DNA from: Felis catus
Taxonomy: Eukaryota
Assembly (NCBI RefSeq): GCF_018350175.1
Contig: NC_058368.1
Span: 27,158,001-27,222,000, forward strand
Length of the DNA stretch: 64,000 bases
Direction of reading: 5' to 3'
The position numbers and the translations under genes were made by a program. Under the pieces are notes generated by a model that made no database searches, had not been told where the DNA came from, and saw nothing but the letters and a program-made list of their open reading frames with translations. Below are positions 11,960-23,772 of the stretch, one piece after another. Position 1 is the first letter of the stretch. Each line of letters starts with the position of its first letter.

Positions 11960-14125
11960 TGCCCCAGCTTTATCGAGATTTTATTTACATATAATATATG
12001 TATATTTGAGGTATACAACATGATGATTTGATACCCATATATATTTTGAAGTAATTACCACAACAGATTAGTTAATATTCTGTCCCCTCACATGATTACC
12101 AATTTTTTGTGTAGTGATAGCATTTAAGATCTACTCTCAACACCTCTCAAGTATACAATACAAGATTGCTATTACAATCACCATGTTGTACATTAGATCC
12201 CCAGAACTAATTCATCGTACAGTTGAAAGTTTATACCCTTTGGCCAGCATCTCTTCATTTTCCCTACCATTCTTCTATTTCTATGAGTTCGTCTTTTTTA
12301 TTTTTTATTTTTTAGATTCTACATATAAGTGAGAACATACAGTATTTGTTCTTCTCTGACTTATTTCACTTAGCATATGTGAAGTGACTGCTTTATGACT
12401 GGGTATATTCTATTTTCTATTTATATATTTATAATAGTATATATATAGTATATACTATATATATAGTATATATATAATAAATATATATATATATTATATA
12501 TAAATGTTATATAACATTATATATACTAACATATATATGTTATATATATATTTTGTTTTATATATATTATATATATAACATATGTATAGAACATATATAT
12601 TATACATATAACATTTTCTTCGGCCGTCCATGTATCGATGACCAATTAGGTTGTTTCCCTGGCTTGGTTATTGTGAATAATGCTGCAAAGAACATGGGGG
12701 TGCAGCTAGCTCATCAAGGTAGTAATTACATTTCCTTCAGATAAATACCCATCAGAGGGATTTCTGGATCCTATGGGAGTTCTATTTTTAATTTCTTCAG
12801 GAACCTTTCCTTTATGGCTGTGCCAGTTCACATTCCCACCAACAGTTCGCCAGGGTTCCGTTATCTCCACATCTTTGCCAATACTTGTTGTCTCTTGTCT
12901 TTTTGAGAATAGCAATTCTAACGGGTGTGAGGTGACACTTCATTGTGGTTTTGATTTGTAGTTCCCTGATGATTCGTGAACTTGAGCCCCTTTTCATGTA
13001 CCTGTTAGCCATTTGTATGTCTTCTTTAGAAAAATGTCTGCTCAAGTCCTCTACCCATTTTTTAATCAGATTTTTATTTTTTTGCTATTGAGTTTTATGA
13101 GTTCCTTATACACTATGGATAGCTTATCAGATAGATGGTTGGCAAATATTGTCTCCAATTCTGTTGGTTGCTTTTTCTTCTTTTTAATATAGAGGTTGCT
13201 TTTTCATTTTGTTGATTGTTTCTTTTGCTATGCAGAAGCTGTTTTGTCCCATGCTGATTTTTGCTTTTGTTCCTTGTGATTTTGGGTCATGTCCAAAAAA
13301 TCATTGCCGAGACCAATGTCAAGGAGTTTTATACCTTGTGTGTTCATCAGGTAGTTTTATAGTTTCAGGTCTTACATTTAAGTCTTCAACCTATTTTGAG
13401 TTAACTTCTGTGAATGGGGTAAGTGCCCAGTTTCATACTTTTGCATGGGAACAACCAGGTTTCCCAGCACCATTTATTGAAAAGACGGTCTTTTCCCCTT
13501 TGTGCGGTCACCCTTGTTGAAAATCATTTGACTATATACTCAAGGGTTTATTTCTGGGCTTTCCATTCTATTCCATTAATGTATACGTCTGTCTTTATGC
13601 CACTATGGTATGTCTTTATACTATATTATTTTGATTAGTATAGGTTCATAATACATTGAAATCAGAAAGTGTGGGACCATTAACATTGTTCTTTTTCAAG
13701 ATTGTTTTTGACTATTTAAAGTTCCTTAAGATTCTCTATGAATTTTAAGGTGAATTTTTCCATTCCCGCAAAAAGTACCATTGACGTTCTGATAAGGATT
13801 GCATTAAATTTGTAGATCACTTTGATAGTATTGATATCTTTACAATATTACAACTTCTAATCAATAAACATGGGATTTCTTTTCATTTATTTGTGTTTAA
13901 TTTCTTTTATCAATGTCTTACAACTTTGAATTTTCCACTTCCTTGGTTGTATTTACTTCTAAATATTTTATTATTTTTGATGCTACTGTAAATGGGATTA
14001 TTTTACTTCTTTTTCAAATAATTTGTTGTTAGTGTATAGAAATGCCACTAACTTTCATTCGTATGTTGATTTTGTATCCTGTGACTTTACGCAGTTATTT
14101 TATTAGTTCTAATAATTTTTTGGTG
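11960..14125 (-). mobile_element. 5'-truncated L1 (L1MA/L1_Carn-like): 3'UTR plus degraded 3' ORF2
   Basis: Minus ORF 12812-13045 ([15 protein letters not shown]...[15 protein letters not shown]...CWWEC) is the L1 ORF2 C-terminus; typical L1 3'UTR on the left. Confidence 0.95.
12415..12612. repeat. AT-rich (TA)n low-complexity tract inside L1 3'UTR
   Basis: Almost entirely A/T; contains a 28-bp perfect palindrome at 12438-12465. Confidence 0.9.
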
Positions 14126-15831
14126 TAACTCTCTCTCTCTCTTTTTTAATCATTTGCAGTTACATACAGACCAGTGAAGGGTTCCTTCTGAGATGAATGC
14201 AGGCAGACATAATATTGCAGCCCAGACTTCCGTTTAGTTAGTAATGTTGCTTCCTATCTTGGCCTGTGTTGTTCCTTCTGATTAAACGTGTAACTGGATC
14301 CTCATACACACCTGCCTTTGTCATCCCGTATACATTTTGGAAAGGATGAAAACCCTCTTCGGAATTTCCAGAGATTATGGAATCTCTTAGGAAATAACAA
14401 AGAATGTCTCATTATCTAGGACCCCCTTATAATTATATTTTCCCCAAGTTGCAGCGACACGCTTGGCAAGCCGCGTTGTGCTTTCCCACAGCATTCTAAG
14501 GCTAGAATGGAAACACCACCAAAAACAAACCAGTTCTTCAGTACATCTGCCTTAAGTAAATACCACCGTGTGTCTGATTTCCACCATGCTTTTTGTTTGC
14601 TCATTACCCTGCCCTTCCTTTAATCCCTCTCCTTGTCATTATCTGTAGGAACTAGCAATTTGTAAACCCAGAAACCAAAGCAAAATTGAATGCTACAAAT
14701 GACATCAAAAAGGAAGGAGGCAGATATATTTAAGTGAGCCCGTTTTAAGGAATCAGTAAGTACTTTGACAGCGGTGAAATGTGTACTTTCTCTTCAGACC
14801 TTGTCATCGGGGCGGCCAGGTGTCACATTCGGTCCATCTTACGGGGTAGCATTTTTTTCTTGTTCGTTTTGTTTTGTATTGTTTTCTTTTGGAAAATTAA
14901 AATCACTGTGAAATGGTGGTAGTCCTACATTCACTACAGCTTTTACCATGACTCCTTCGTAGACTGTTCAACCCGAGTCTCCCCAAGTCAGTATATAGAT
15001 GCCATAACTCTATGGTCCTAAACTAAATAGTAATATCTAATTTTAATTTAATTTAATTAATTTTGTTGCCCTCTTTCATTTGTATATGCCTTTCCCACCT
15101 CCTCATGTCCCTTCTCACCTGTCGTTAGGTGCCCGTAGCGCCCATAATGCAATAGTGTCCTTTAATGCAATCCCCAGGTTGCCTCTGACTGCACAGCGTT
15201 CCCATTTTAGGTCCTCTCAACCCCCACCTTCACCCCTCTACCTGCCTACCTACAAAATATTCCAGGATCCAAAATTACCTTCTCCTCCTTAGTATCACTG
15301 TAAACTCCCATTTATTCCCTCTTATTATGGCGGGCTAAATTAGAAAAAAGTAATATGATTGAACTAATTCACAATAAGGTGTCAGTGACCGACAGAGGCC
15401 TCCCTTAATTCTCCTATGGATGTGTGTCCATTTTAAAGGAAAGTGATCTTCTTCGAATATGCCATTTATTTGGATAAACAATGACTTACTTATTCCTTAA
15501 CAGAAAGCTGAGTGCCTAGCCTCACCTTTATGTGTTAAGACAGATAAAGGACTATGAGGGCTGGTAGATCTTTTTTGCGTGTTGGCCCTGGGCCTTAAAT
15601 TATGACATTGGCTAGACCCTTGTGTCGGGCTCATCTTGCTTCTACTGTTCATACCCAGCAGTGGCCCTGATCCTCCCTGTGCCTACCCTGTAGACAGCAT
15701 TTCAGCGATGAGGGGAAGCAGGTTGGGACCTAGAGATGCAGTGAGAATCAAGGGGAGGAGAAAGTACAGCCAGAAGAATGGAATTATTTAATCTTCCAGG
15801 TCTCCTCTGACTCTAAAATTCTGCACAAATG

Positions 15832-15834
<3 letters not shown>

Positions 15835-15866
<32 letters not shown>
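15835..15866 (+). repeat. Poly(A)32 tract
   Basis: Uninterrupted A run. Confidence 0.97.
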
Positions 15867-15869
<3 letters not shown>

Positions 15870-16606
15870 AGGAAATAACATGGAATGAGAGAGGAAGGAG
15901 GAAGGTGCTGGGGATCCAGTAGAAAGCCTGCATGTTTTAGCTAAAAGCCTTTCGGTTAATAAATAATATATTATGATGTGCTGTTTACCTCCCAGAGCAG
16001 AGGTGAGACTGTTTCCGTGGCTTCTCGGAATTTAAAAAAGCACCCGGTATGCGGCCTCCCTGGCAAGCCCCTTTCATGGCATCAGAGGACATCTCCCATG
16101 GTGAGGTTGAGGCTGCCAATAAATACTTCAGCATTTTCTTTCCTGAGCCAGAGCTCTCAAAGAAGGTTGGCATGAGGTCATACACCTCTCAAGGCGGCAG
16201 GGCTAAAGGTCCCTGCTCCCTCCCGGCAGAGGTTCAGACAGCTCAGATACGAGACATCAAGCAGAAACCAGGACAGCAGGACATTCAAATACAGAAAGAC
16301 TAAAAAGAAAGCCCAGCTCCTTAGAAAATCAATGTTTTCTAAACTGAAGAAGCGAGTGGAGGGCGGGGGGAGGGGTAGATGCGTTCGTGAAGAGACTCGA
16401 AGCACTATGGCACACCCATTAAGTGAAAAGAAATCCTATCTTGTGTGAATTTGGTGCCCATGCACAGTTGTGCTGGGCCCACCCTCTCCTGCTCTGGTGA
16501 ACGTAGCCCTGGAAGGAGAAAGCTGGACAGAAGCCCCCGGGAGGCCACAACAGCCTCGTGGGTAATTGTGCCCTTATGGTATCGCACACAATTTAAATGG
16601 TGTTCA

Positions 16607-16826
16607 GGGGCGCCTGGGTGGCTCCGTGGGTTAAGCGCCCGACTCTTGATTTCAGCTCGGGTCATGATCTCACGGTTCCTGGGATTGAGCCCTGCGTCAC
16701 GTTAGTATGGAGCCTGCTTGGAAATGTCTCTCTCTGCCTCTCTCTGCCCCTCCCCTGCTCGCTCGCGTGTGCACACTCTCTCTAAGTAAGTAAATAAACT
16801 TTAAAATAACTAACTCTATAAATAAA
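16607..16826 (+). mobile_element. Can-SINE
   Basis: GGGGCGCCTGGGTGGCTC head; TSD taaatggtgttc. Confidence 0.95.
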
Positions 16827-17221
16827 TAAATGGTGTTCGGCAACCGAATGTTCTTCCGCTCTGCCGATGCCCCATTATCAAATGCGATCATCAGCTGTGG
16901 CAGCTTTTTAACCTTATTACCATCAAATTTGACTAAATTTTAATGTACCTCTTAAGGTAAAAAAAAATTTTTTTTTTTGGTATATAAAGAAGTTTTATAG
17001 CTTAAAAAGTTCAGTAGCTTCCTGTAACAGAAATATGTCATGTAATTTTTTGAAGATAAATGAGCCCCCACACTTGGTTCAGTTGGTCCAGTTTGAGGCC
17101 TCCCCTTGGGCAAATGTCAGCTTGGAGGAAGGATCTGAGAAGGCACTTCCTGAAGAGGCAGTATCTGCAAGTTTTATTTTATTTTTAAGAGCCAAGTGAA
17201 ATTAAATTTAGGTTGTCTGTC

Positions 17222-17315
17222 TTTTTTTTTTTTTTACTATGAAATTTATTGTCAGATTGGTTTCCATACAACACCCAGTGCTCATCCCAAAAGGTGCCCT
17301 CCTCAATACCCATCA
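17222..17315 (-). mobile_element. Extremely 5'-truncated felid L1 3' end (~94 bp)
   Basis: T tail then aaatttattgtcagattggtttccatacaacacccagtgctcatcccaa; TSD aggtt(g/a)tctgtc. Confidence 0.85.
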
Positions 17316-17719
17316 AGGTTATCTGTCTTTTTTAAGAGTTACCTGCAGTTTGGTGTTTGTTTGTTTGTTTGTTTGTTTGTTTGTTTTTTAAGTCTCTTGG
17401 GCTATTAGAGTATTTGAAGGATGTTGCTGGGCTCAAACATAGTTACACTAGGGATTTACTCTAAATATGGGTTGTTTACGATCTAAACTTTTAAATAATT
17501 TGAGACATATTTTGTGATATGAAACCCTGGCCTTAATAGCCCCAAATGGTGATTTGAATTACTGTTGTAATATCTCTAAAGTTTCATCAGACCAAAATGA
17601 TGAACACTTTTTCTTTTTAACACAATACAAAGTGGATCTCTTTTGGTAGTGCATCTATCCTGAATATAGCTCTTAGAATCTTTGAAAGAAAGAGGATTGT
17701 ATTTTTTAAAGCACAGGAT

Positions 17720-17825
17720 TATGGGAAAGTTACTCAACCTCTCTGAAGCTCCATGTTTTTCATATATAAACTGGCCAGTAATCATTTAACTCTCAGAGTT
17801 TTTGTGATGGTTGCCTGAGATTCTG
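17720..17825 (+). mobile_element. MIR fragment
   Basis: gggaaagttactcaacctctctgaagctccatgttttt...aactctcagagtttttgtgatg. Confidence 0.65.
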
Positions 17826-18231
17826 GGCATTGGAATTACATCTTATTTCAGCGAGGGACTGGACGTACCTCATCTGCAACCAGGTACCAGATGAGAAAGA
17901 TGTGTAAGCAAAACTACTCTTTCAAATGCCCCTTAATTTTCCATAAAGAACAGCCAATGTGGTTCTTTGCCTGTTCGTACATCTCTTGAGGAGTCCTGCA
18001 CAGGCCATCGTCCTTCCAGCACGAGACCAGTGGTTGCCAATAATGTGCTCTAGAGGAAGACGCCATGTTGTATTAACCTTGCATATGGTGGGACTTCACA
18101 TGTGCGTAAGATCCGCAGTGCCATGTTTTCCACAGTCCATGTTAGTTTCATTTTCCCTTGCCCCTACTGCCTTGGTAGTAGCTGTCTTTCCTGGACCAAC
18201 GGGACCTGAAGGTGGGATTCAGTACAGCTTT

Positions 18232-18278
18232 TTTCTTTCTTTCTTTCTTTTTTTAATTTTTTTAAAATCTTTATTTAT

Positions 18279-18313
<35 letters not shown>

Positions 18314-18468
18314 GGAGGAACAGAGAGAGGGAGACACAGAATCCCAAGCAGAGTCCAGGCTCCGAGCTGTCCGCCCAGAGCCCGACGCGGGGCTCGAACT
18401 CACAAACCGTGAGATCATGACCTGAGCTGAAGTCGGAGGCTTAACCGACTGAGCCACCCAGGCACCCC
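18232..18468 (-). mobile_element. Can-SINE
   Basis: Antisense head, (GA)n, T tail; TSD tcagtacagcttt. Confidence 0.96.
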
Positions 18469-19384
18469 TCAGTACAGCTTTAAGGCCTTGATCATGAGAG
18501 TTCCACTTGACTCATATGGTTTCTGAAGTCTGAGGTGTTGAACTGGGTTACGGGAGACAGGATTCATTTTCATCAGGTACTGAGGAGGAAACATAAAGGA
18601 ATTAGGCTCAGAGCACATATACATTTGCATGATGCAGAGGAGTACCCTCTAGAGTCTCCTTAGCCAGTTACATTTTGAGTAATGATGAATTTAAGTAATG
18701 TTAAAAATAACATGCATTGCTGTTTCTTAGGCTGTTTTTACAGGAAGTATCTGTGATCACAGTGAAACACAAAATTTCTGCTTTTGTGAAGTCAGAGTAT
18801 GAACTGAAAATATAAATGGAGTTAGAGATGAATTAAAGTCATTTTACTAGATTTGGGATTGAATATATATAGGGACTAGCCCTTCCTAATGAATTAGTTT
18901 AAAATACTTTAGTGGTTCACGTTTTGCTATTCTTGTCCAAGTTTGGGCTTTAGTGACTAGGTAAAAATGAATTGCTCAGTTAATTGAATTTTCAAATTTC
19001 TGTTTACAAACTAGAGACACTCCAGATGGAAGCTTTGTTAGAGACTGTTTCATTGTTATTTCAGAATAATTTGGTGTGACTGATATTACAGTGGACTGAT
19101 GGATAAAGCATGAGAGAGAAGAACCACCCTGGCCACAACAGTCTCATTGCATAATTTTTTACTATTTTGTGCCAAGGATTGTCCTGGTGACAAGTATAAA
19201 AAGCCTTTTGGGAATTTGTTACGTTTAATACACTTAAACAGAGTGTTTCAAAAAGTGTAGTAAATTCAGCAATGGTAGGAAGCACCAGACTCTGTGGGGA
19301 CCCCAGAAAGGACCCCTAAGCCACAGGGTAAGAGTCTGAGGAGACATTTTGGTTTGTATGCGTGTGTTTTGCGTTTTTGTTGCT

Positions 19385-20040
19385 TTGTTTTTGTTGAGAC
19401 AATTGACACGTGACATTTTGTAAGGATAAGGTATACAATGGGTTCATTCGATACATTTCTGTATTGTAATATGATGACCACTATATGGTGTTAGCTATCA
19501 CGTCATATAATTATTTTTTGTATGTGGTGGGAACAATTAAGACCTAATATCTTGGCAGCTGTGAGGTTTATAATATAGTATTATCAACCATAATCACTAT
19601 GCTGTGCGTTAGATGTCCATGACTTATTTATAAACTAGTTGCAAGTTGGTACCCTTAAACATCTTCCCAATTCTCCTACCTCCTCCCCCGCCTCCGGTAA
19701 ATGCCAGTCTACTTGCTGATTTTATGAGCTTGGCTCTTTTAGATTACATACGTAAATGATACCATACAGTATTTGTCCTTCTCTGTCTGACTCAGCTTGC
19801 TTAACATAGTGCTCTCAAGGGCCATGATGTTGTCACAAATAGCAGGATTTTCCTCTTTCTCATGGCCGAATAATATTCCATTGTGATGTGTGTGTGTGCG
19901 TGCGTGTGTGTGTGTATCACATCTTCTTTGTCCCATTTATTCATTGATGGACACTTAGGTTGTTTCCGTATCTTAGCTATTTGAATGTGCTGCAATGGAT
20001 GTGGGGGTGCAGATATATTTTCGATATCTTGTTTTCATTT
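19385..20040 (-). mobile_element. L1 3'UTR fragment (L1MA-like) with internal (TG)n
   Basis: ccatacagtatttgtccttctctgtctgact..., gatggacacttaggttgtttcc: antisense L1 3' end. Confidence 0.9.
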
Positions 20041-20189
20041 TAATTAACCATTTTAAAGTGAACACTTCATCGGAGTTTGGGGAGTGTGTTTTGCAGAAGG
20101 GAATATTTGAACTCAGTTTTGGGAGGCTTTTGAAGAAAAGAGGAAAGAAGTCAATGGAGGGAACAGCATAGACATTATATAGTAAATAT

Positions 20190-20943
20190 CTCTTGGTCTC
20201 ACATAGCAACGTACATCCCTTTCCTGCTAGCAGCACCTAAGTTTTCCTTTGGGAACCAGGTCTTGTTTGAACCTGTGAAACTGAACTGGTGCCACCATCA
20301 TCCCCCAGCTAGAGGATGGGAGGGTCAGCCCCTGGGCCGATTTCTCAACCATTCAGAATGTTCCTCCCTCCCTGCAGACCAAAGAGATGGTTTGTGAACC
20401 AAGCTAGGCTCACAAGAGACCCAATCCTAAAACATTTGTTGAATTTGTGGAAAAAGGTGTTTTTTTTTTCCTGTTTTCTTTTTTAATTTAGATTGGTAAC
20501 ATAAATCTGGAGCTTCTCCTAGTGATTTTGCCTCTATGAAAGATAACCTACTTGGGGTGCCTGCATGGCTTAGTCGGTTAAGCATCTGACTCTTGATCTC
20601 AGCTCAGGTCTTGATCTCAGGGTTGTGAGTTCAACCCTTGGTTTGGAGCGTGGGGCGTACTTAAAAAAAATAAATAAAAATATATTTTAAAAGACCTGCT
20701 TAATAAATGAACAGGCAAATGAATATAACCTAGTTAAAAAATGAAGTCAATGCAGGGGTTGGCAGAATTAAGAGATGGAGAAAGTTTCTGATAATATAAC
20801 TTCAGCACCTAGATTGAGCCATACCTGAATCCGTTATCTCTTGGGCTTGTCAGTGAAGTGTACCAATAAATTCCCTTTTGTGCTAAAGCTACTTTGAGTT
20901 GGGTCGGATTTCTGTCATTTGAGACCTGAGTAGTTCTAATAAA
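20190..20943 (+). mobile_element. MaLR LTR (MLT1J/K/L-like), interrupted by a SINE
   Basis: 3' signature ccaataaattcccttttgtgctaaagctactttgagttggg...tttctgtcatttg. Confidence 0.7.
20554..20688 (+). mobile_element. Short, old-type Can-SINE lacking CT tract
   Basis: GGGGTGCCTGCATGGCTTAGTCGGTTAAG head then A-rich tail; degenerate TSD. Confidence 0.85.
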
Positions 20944-22849
20944 GTGTTTTGGGTGTTTTACATAATTGTTTTTCTTTTGCTTTTAAGGAATTGTGTTAGT
21001 TTTGACTTAAAAAGAAACTGTGGCAGTTTCCAAATAAGTATGTTTCCTCTGAAAGGGAAACGTATTTCTTCCTCTTTCTAATATGTTCAAATAATCAGAA
21101 AATTAAGCTCAATTCTAAAACTATTATCTTATTTCAGAGCAGCATTTTATATCAATTACACTCGAAGGAAAAGAAGCCTTTAACCAAATTTTAGGCATTG
21201 AAAGCCACGAATTTCATGCAAAATGTTTTATTTTTATTCTCTAGCCACCGTCTTTGTGGGCAGGACTTAGGTTTCTGGACGTGGTGTCCCGGGTCCCAGG
21301 GGGAGGTCCATCCTGCACACCCATGTTGGGTCTGTCCCTGCCTTGCCTGACAGCACGTGGGGTCTCAGACCTCCCTCCCCTTTGGGGTTTACAATCTCAG
21401 CACCAGAGATCCTCAGCTTCCAGACATGCCTCCGAGGAGATCATCTCTTACACAGTCTCACCAGAGGTTATATGTCACCTGAAGATACGCAGATGCATGT
21501 AGGCAGGACGTGGGTTTGTACTACCGGATCATTATTATGAAACCAGTCACTTCAAATAGTAAAATTTCCTGAGTTGTTTGCTCACCGTCTTTTCAAAATG
21601 AAAGCATCCCCTTTCCACCTACGAACAAACCAAAGCAAACCAAAACCACTCCTGCATCTGTCTTATCTGCTGATTATTTAGCAAGTGCACTTTCAGATCT
21701 TCCTCTTTGATGTCTTTATCAGTTACGTTTTTCAATCAAAGGTAACTTTTATCTTCCCACATCATTAGCGAATATTTTAAAAGTTTGATTCCTTTGTACA
21801 CATATCTGGTCGTTTATCTGGCAGTACAAATTAAGTTAACGTGTTCTTCTAGGGACTCTCAGGCTGTTTGAAGCGATTTCATTTCCCTACTTCTGTCTCT
21901 GGTTTGTTTTCATTAAGGGAACCACAGCAGATACAGACTTAAGAACATTAGCTTGACAAAAGTAGTTGACTGTCTTAGAGAAATTTTTCCTCTTGGAAAC
22001 AAAATTCAGACTTCACTAAAGAGCCTTACTCCCCAGGTGGTATGTGGACCTAGGGCGGGGTTCTTGGAGGTGTTAGGCAAGAGAATAGGCTAGGCCTGCC
22101 TCTCCTATGATTTAATGGTTGGCTGAGCCAGCTTAACAAACAATGAGTTTGCATGCCTTGTTGAGACAATAATCCTTGATTGGTCCAAAGGGAGATGTTG
22201 ACAACTCATATGGGAAGGAAAGCAGTGTAGCCCAGCTTACATTATCCGTGCCTGAGATGCTTTGCAGAAGGCACTCACTTCCACGGACCCCAATCTGATA
22301 ATGGGACTTGGCAATTCAGTCTTCCGGATGTTGTGAGAAGGATCATTTGCATAGTTCACCATCTTCTGGTTCCTGTTTCTTACTGTTCAGGTCATTGTGA
22401 AGTATGAGAATGGTAAGAAGGTAGTGGTAGGTGAGAGATCTTTCTTTTTTAGCGATAGGTTTATTTAAATGTAAGCAATTTGTCATCAAAGTTCAGCCTT
22501 GATTGAGTCACCAATAATGATAAAGCAGGAATTGGGGGTGCGGGGAATATATCTTTGTGCTGTTGATTCTGCAGAGGCCCGAAAGGCATGGAACCTTAGA
22601 AGACGGTGAGCTGGAGACACGCAGCGAAGAAGCAGCAGATGTTTCTTTTGGTTTAGATCCCTTCCAGTGGTTTCCCTTTGCTAGAAGTGACATAGGAATT
22701 CCTTTCCAGCATCCACAAGCCCCTGTGGGATCTTGCCCTGCTGCCCTGTGACCTCTGCTCATGCCACTTGCCCATTGGTCAGCAGGCTCTGGATACACAG
22801 ACTTCGCCTCCACAGCCACCACAGGTCATTTGCATCTTCTGTCTGGGAT

Positions 22850-23420
22850 GCTCGTGACCAGAATCAGATCTTGGCAGCTCCTTTGGATCCTTCAGCTTCC
22901 AGTTTACATGACAGCTCCTCCAAGAGGTCTTCTCTAAACCTGCCCCCAATTGCCTCCAGTCCATATCCAGCCACTCTGTGCAATGACACATTTTCCTTCT
23001 TCAGAGCACTTACGAATTTGATGTTATTTTGTAGCTTATCTATTCTATTTTTTTTAAGTTTATTTATTTTGAGATAGATAGTGCACCTGGGGGAGGGGCA
23101 GAGAGAGAGGGAGAGAGAGAGAACACAAGCAGTAGAGGAGCAGAGAGAGAGGGAGAGAGAGAATCCCAAGCAGGCTCCTCGCTGTCAGCACAGATCCCGA
23201 CGTGGGGCTCAGACTCACAAACCGTGAGATCACGGCCTGAGCCGAAATCAAGAGTCGGCCGCTCAACCGACTGAGCCACCCAGGCACCCCAGCTTGTCTA
23301 TTTTCTGTCTCTTCCTACTGGAATACATGTTCCATTAGGGAGGGACCTTGTTCACCTCTGTATTCCCAGCACTTAAACATCATCTGGCAGAATCTGGAGG
23401 CTCAGTTAACAGTGAACATT
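22850..23420 (+). mobile_element. L2 3' fragment interrupted by SINE
   Basis: tactggaatacatgttccattagggagggaccttgttcacctctgtattcccagcactt... Confidence 0.65.
23049..23290 (-). mobile_element. Can-SINE
   Basis: Antisense head ends caggcacccc at 23290; TSD agctt(a/g)tctatt. Confidence 0.95.
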
Positions 23421-23423
23421 TGA

Positions 23424-23772
23424 GGGGCTCCTGGCCGGCTCAGTTAGTGGAACATGCAACTCTTGATCTCAGGATTGTAGGTTCAAGCCCCACAGTGAGT
23501 GTAGAGATTACTTAAAAAAAATAAAGTCTTAGGGGCGCCTGGGTGGCACAGTCGGTTAAGCGTCCGACTTCAGCCAGGTCACGATCTCGTGGTCGGTGAG
23601 TTCGAGCCCCGCGTCGGGCTCTGGGCTGATGGCTCAGAGCCTGGAGCCTGTTTCCGATTCTGTGTCTCCCTCTCTCTCTGCCCCTCCCCCGTTCATGCTC
23701 TGTCTCTCTCTGTCCCAAAAATAAATAAACGTTGAAAAAAAAATAAAAAAAAAATGAAGTCTTAAACAAACA
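23424..23772 (+). mobile_element. Old short Can-SINE whose tail hosts a younger SINE
   Basis: GGGGCTCCTGGCCGGCTCAG head, gtagagattactt end motif; outer TSD ca(g/a)tgaacatttga. Confidence 0.85.
23532..23750 (+). mobile_element. Young Can-SINE (SINEC_Fc), nested
   Basis: CpG-rich body; TSD aaaat(a/g)aagtctta. Confidence 0.96.

Noticed and set aside
11623..12031. Y/I/H/M-rich ORFs on both strands
   Set aside because: Artefacts of the TA microsatellite
12706..13045. ORFs with real protein similarity
   Set aside because: Fragmented L1 ORF2 C-terminus in a truncated, dead element
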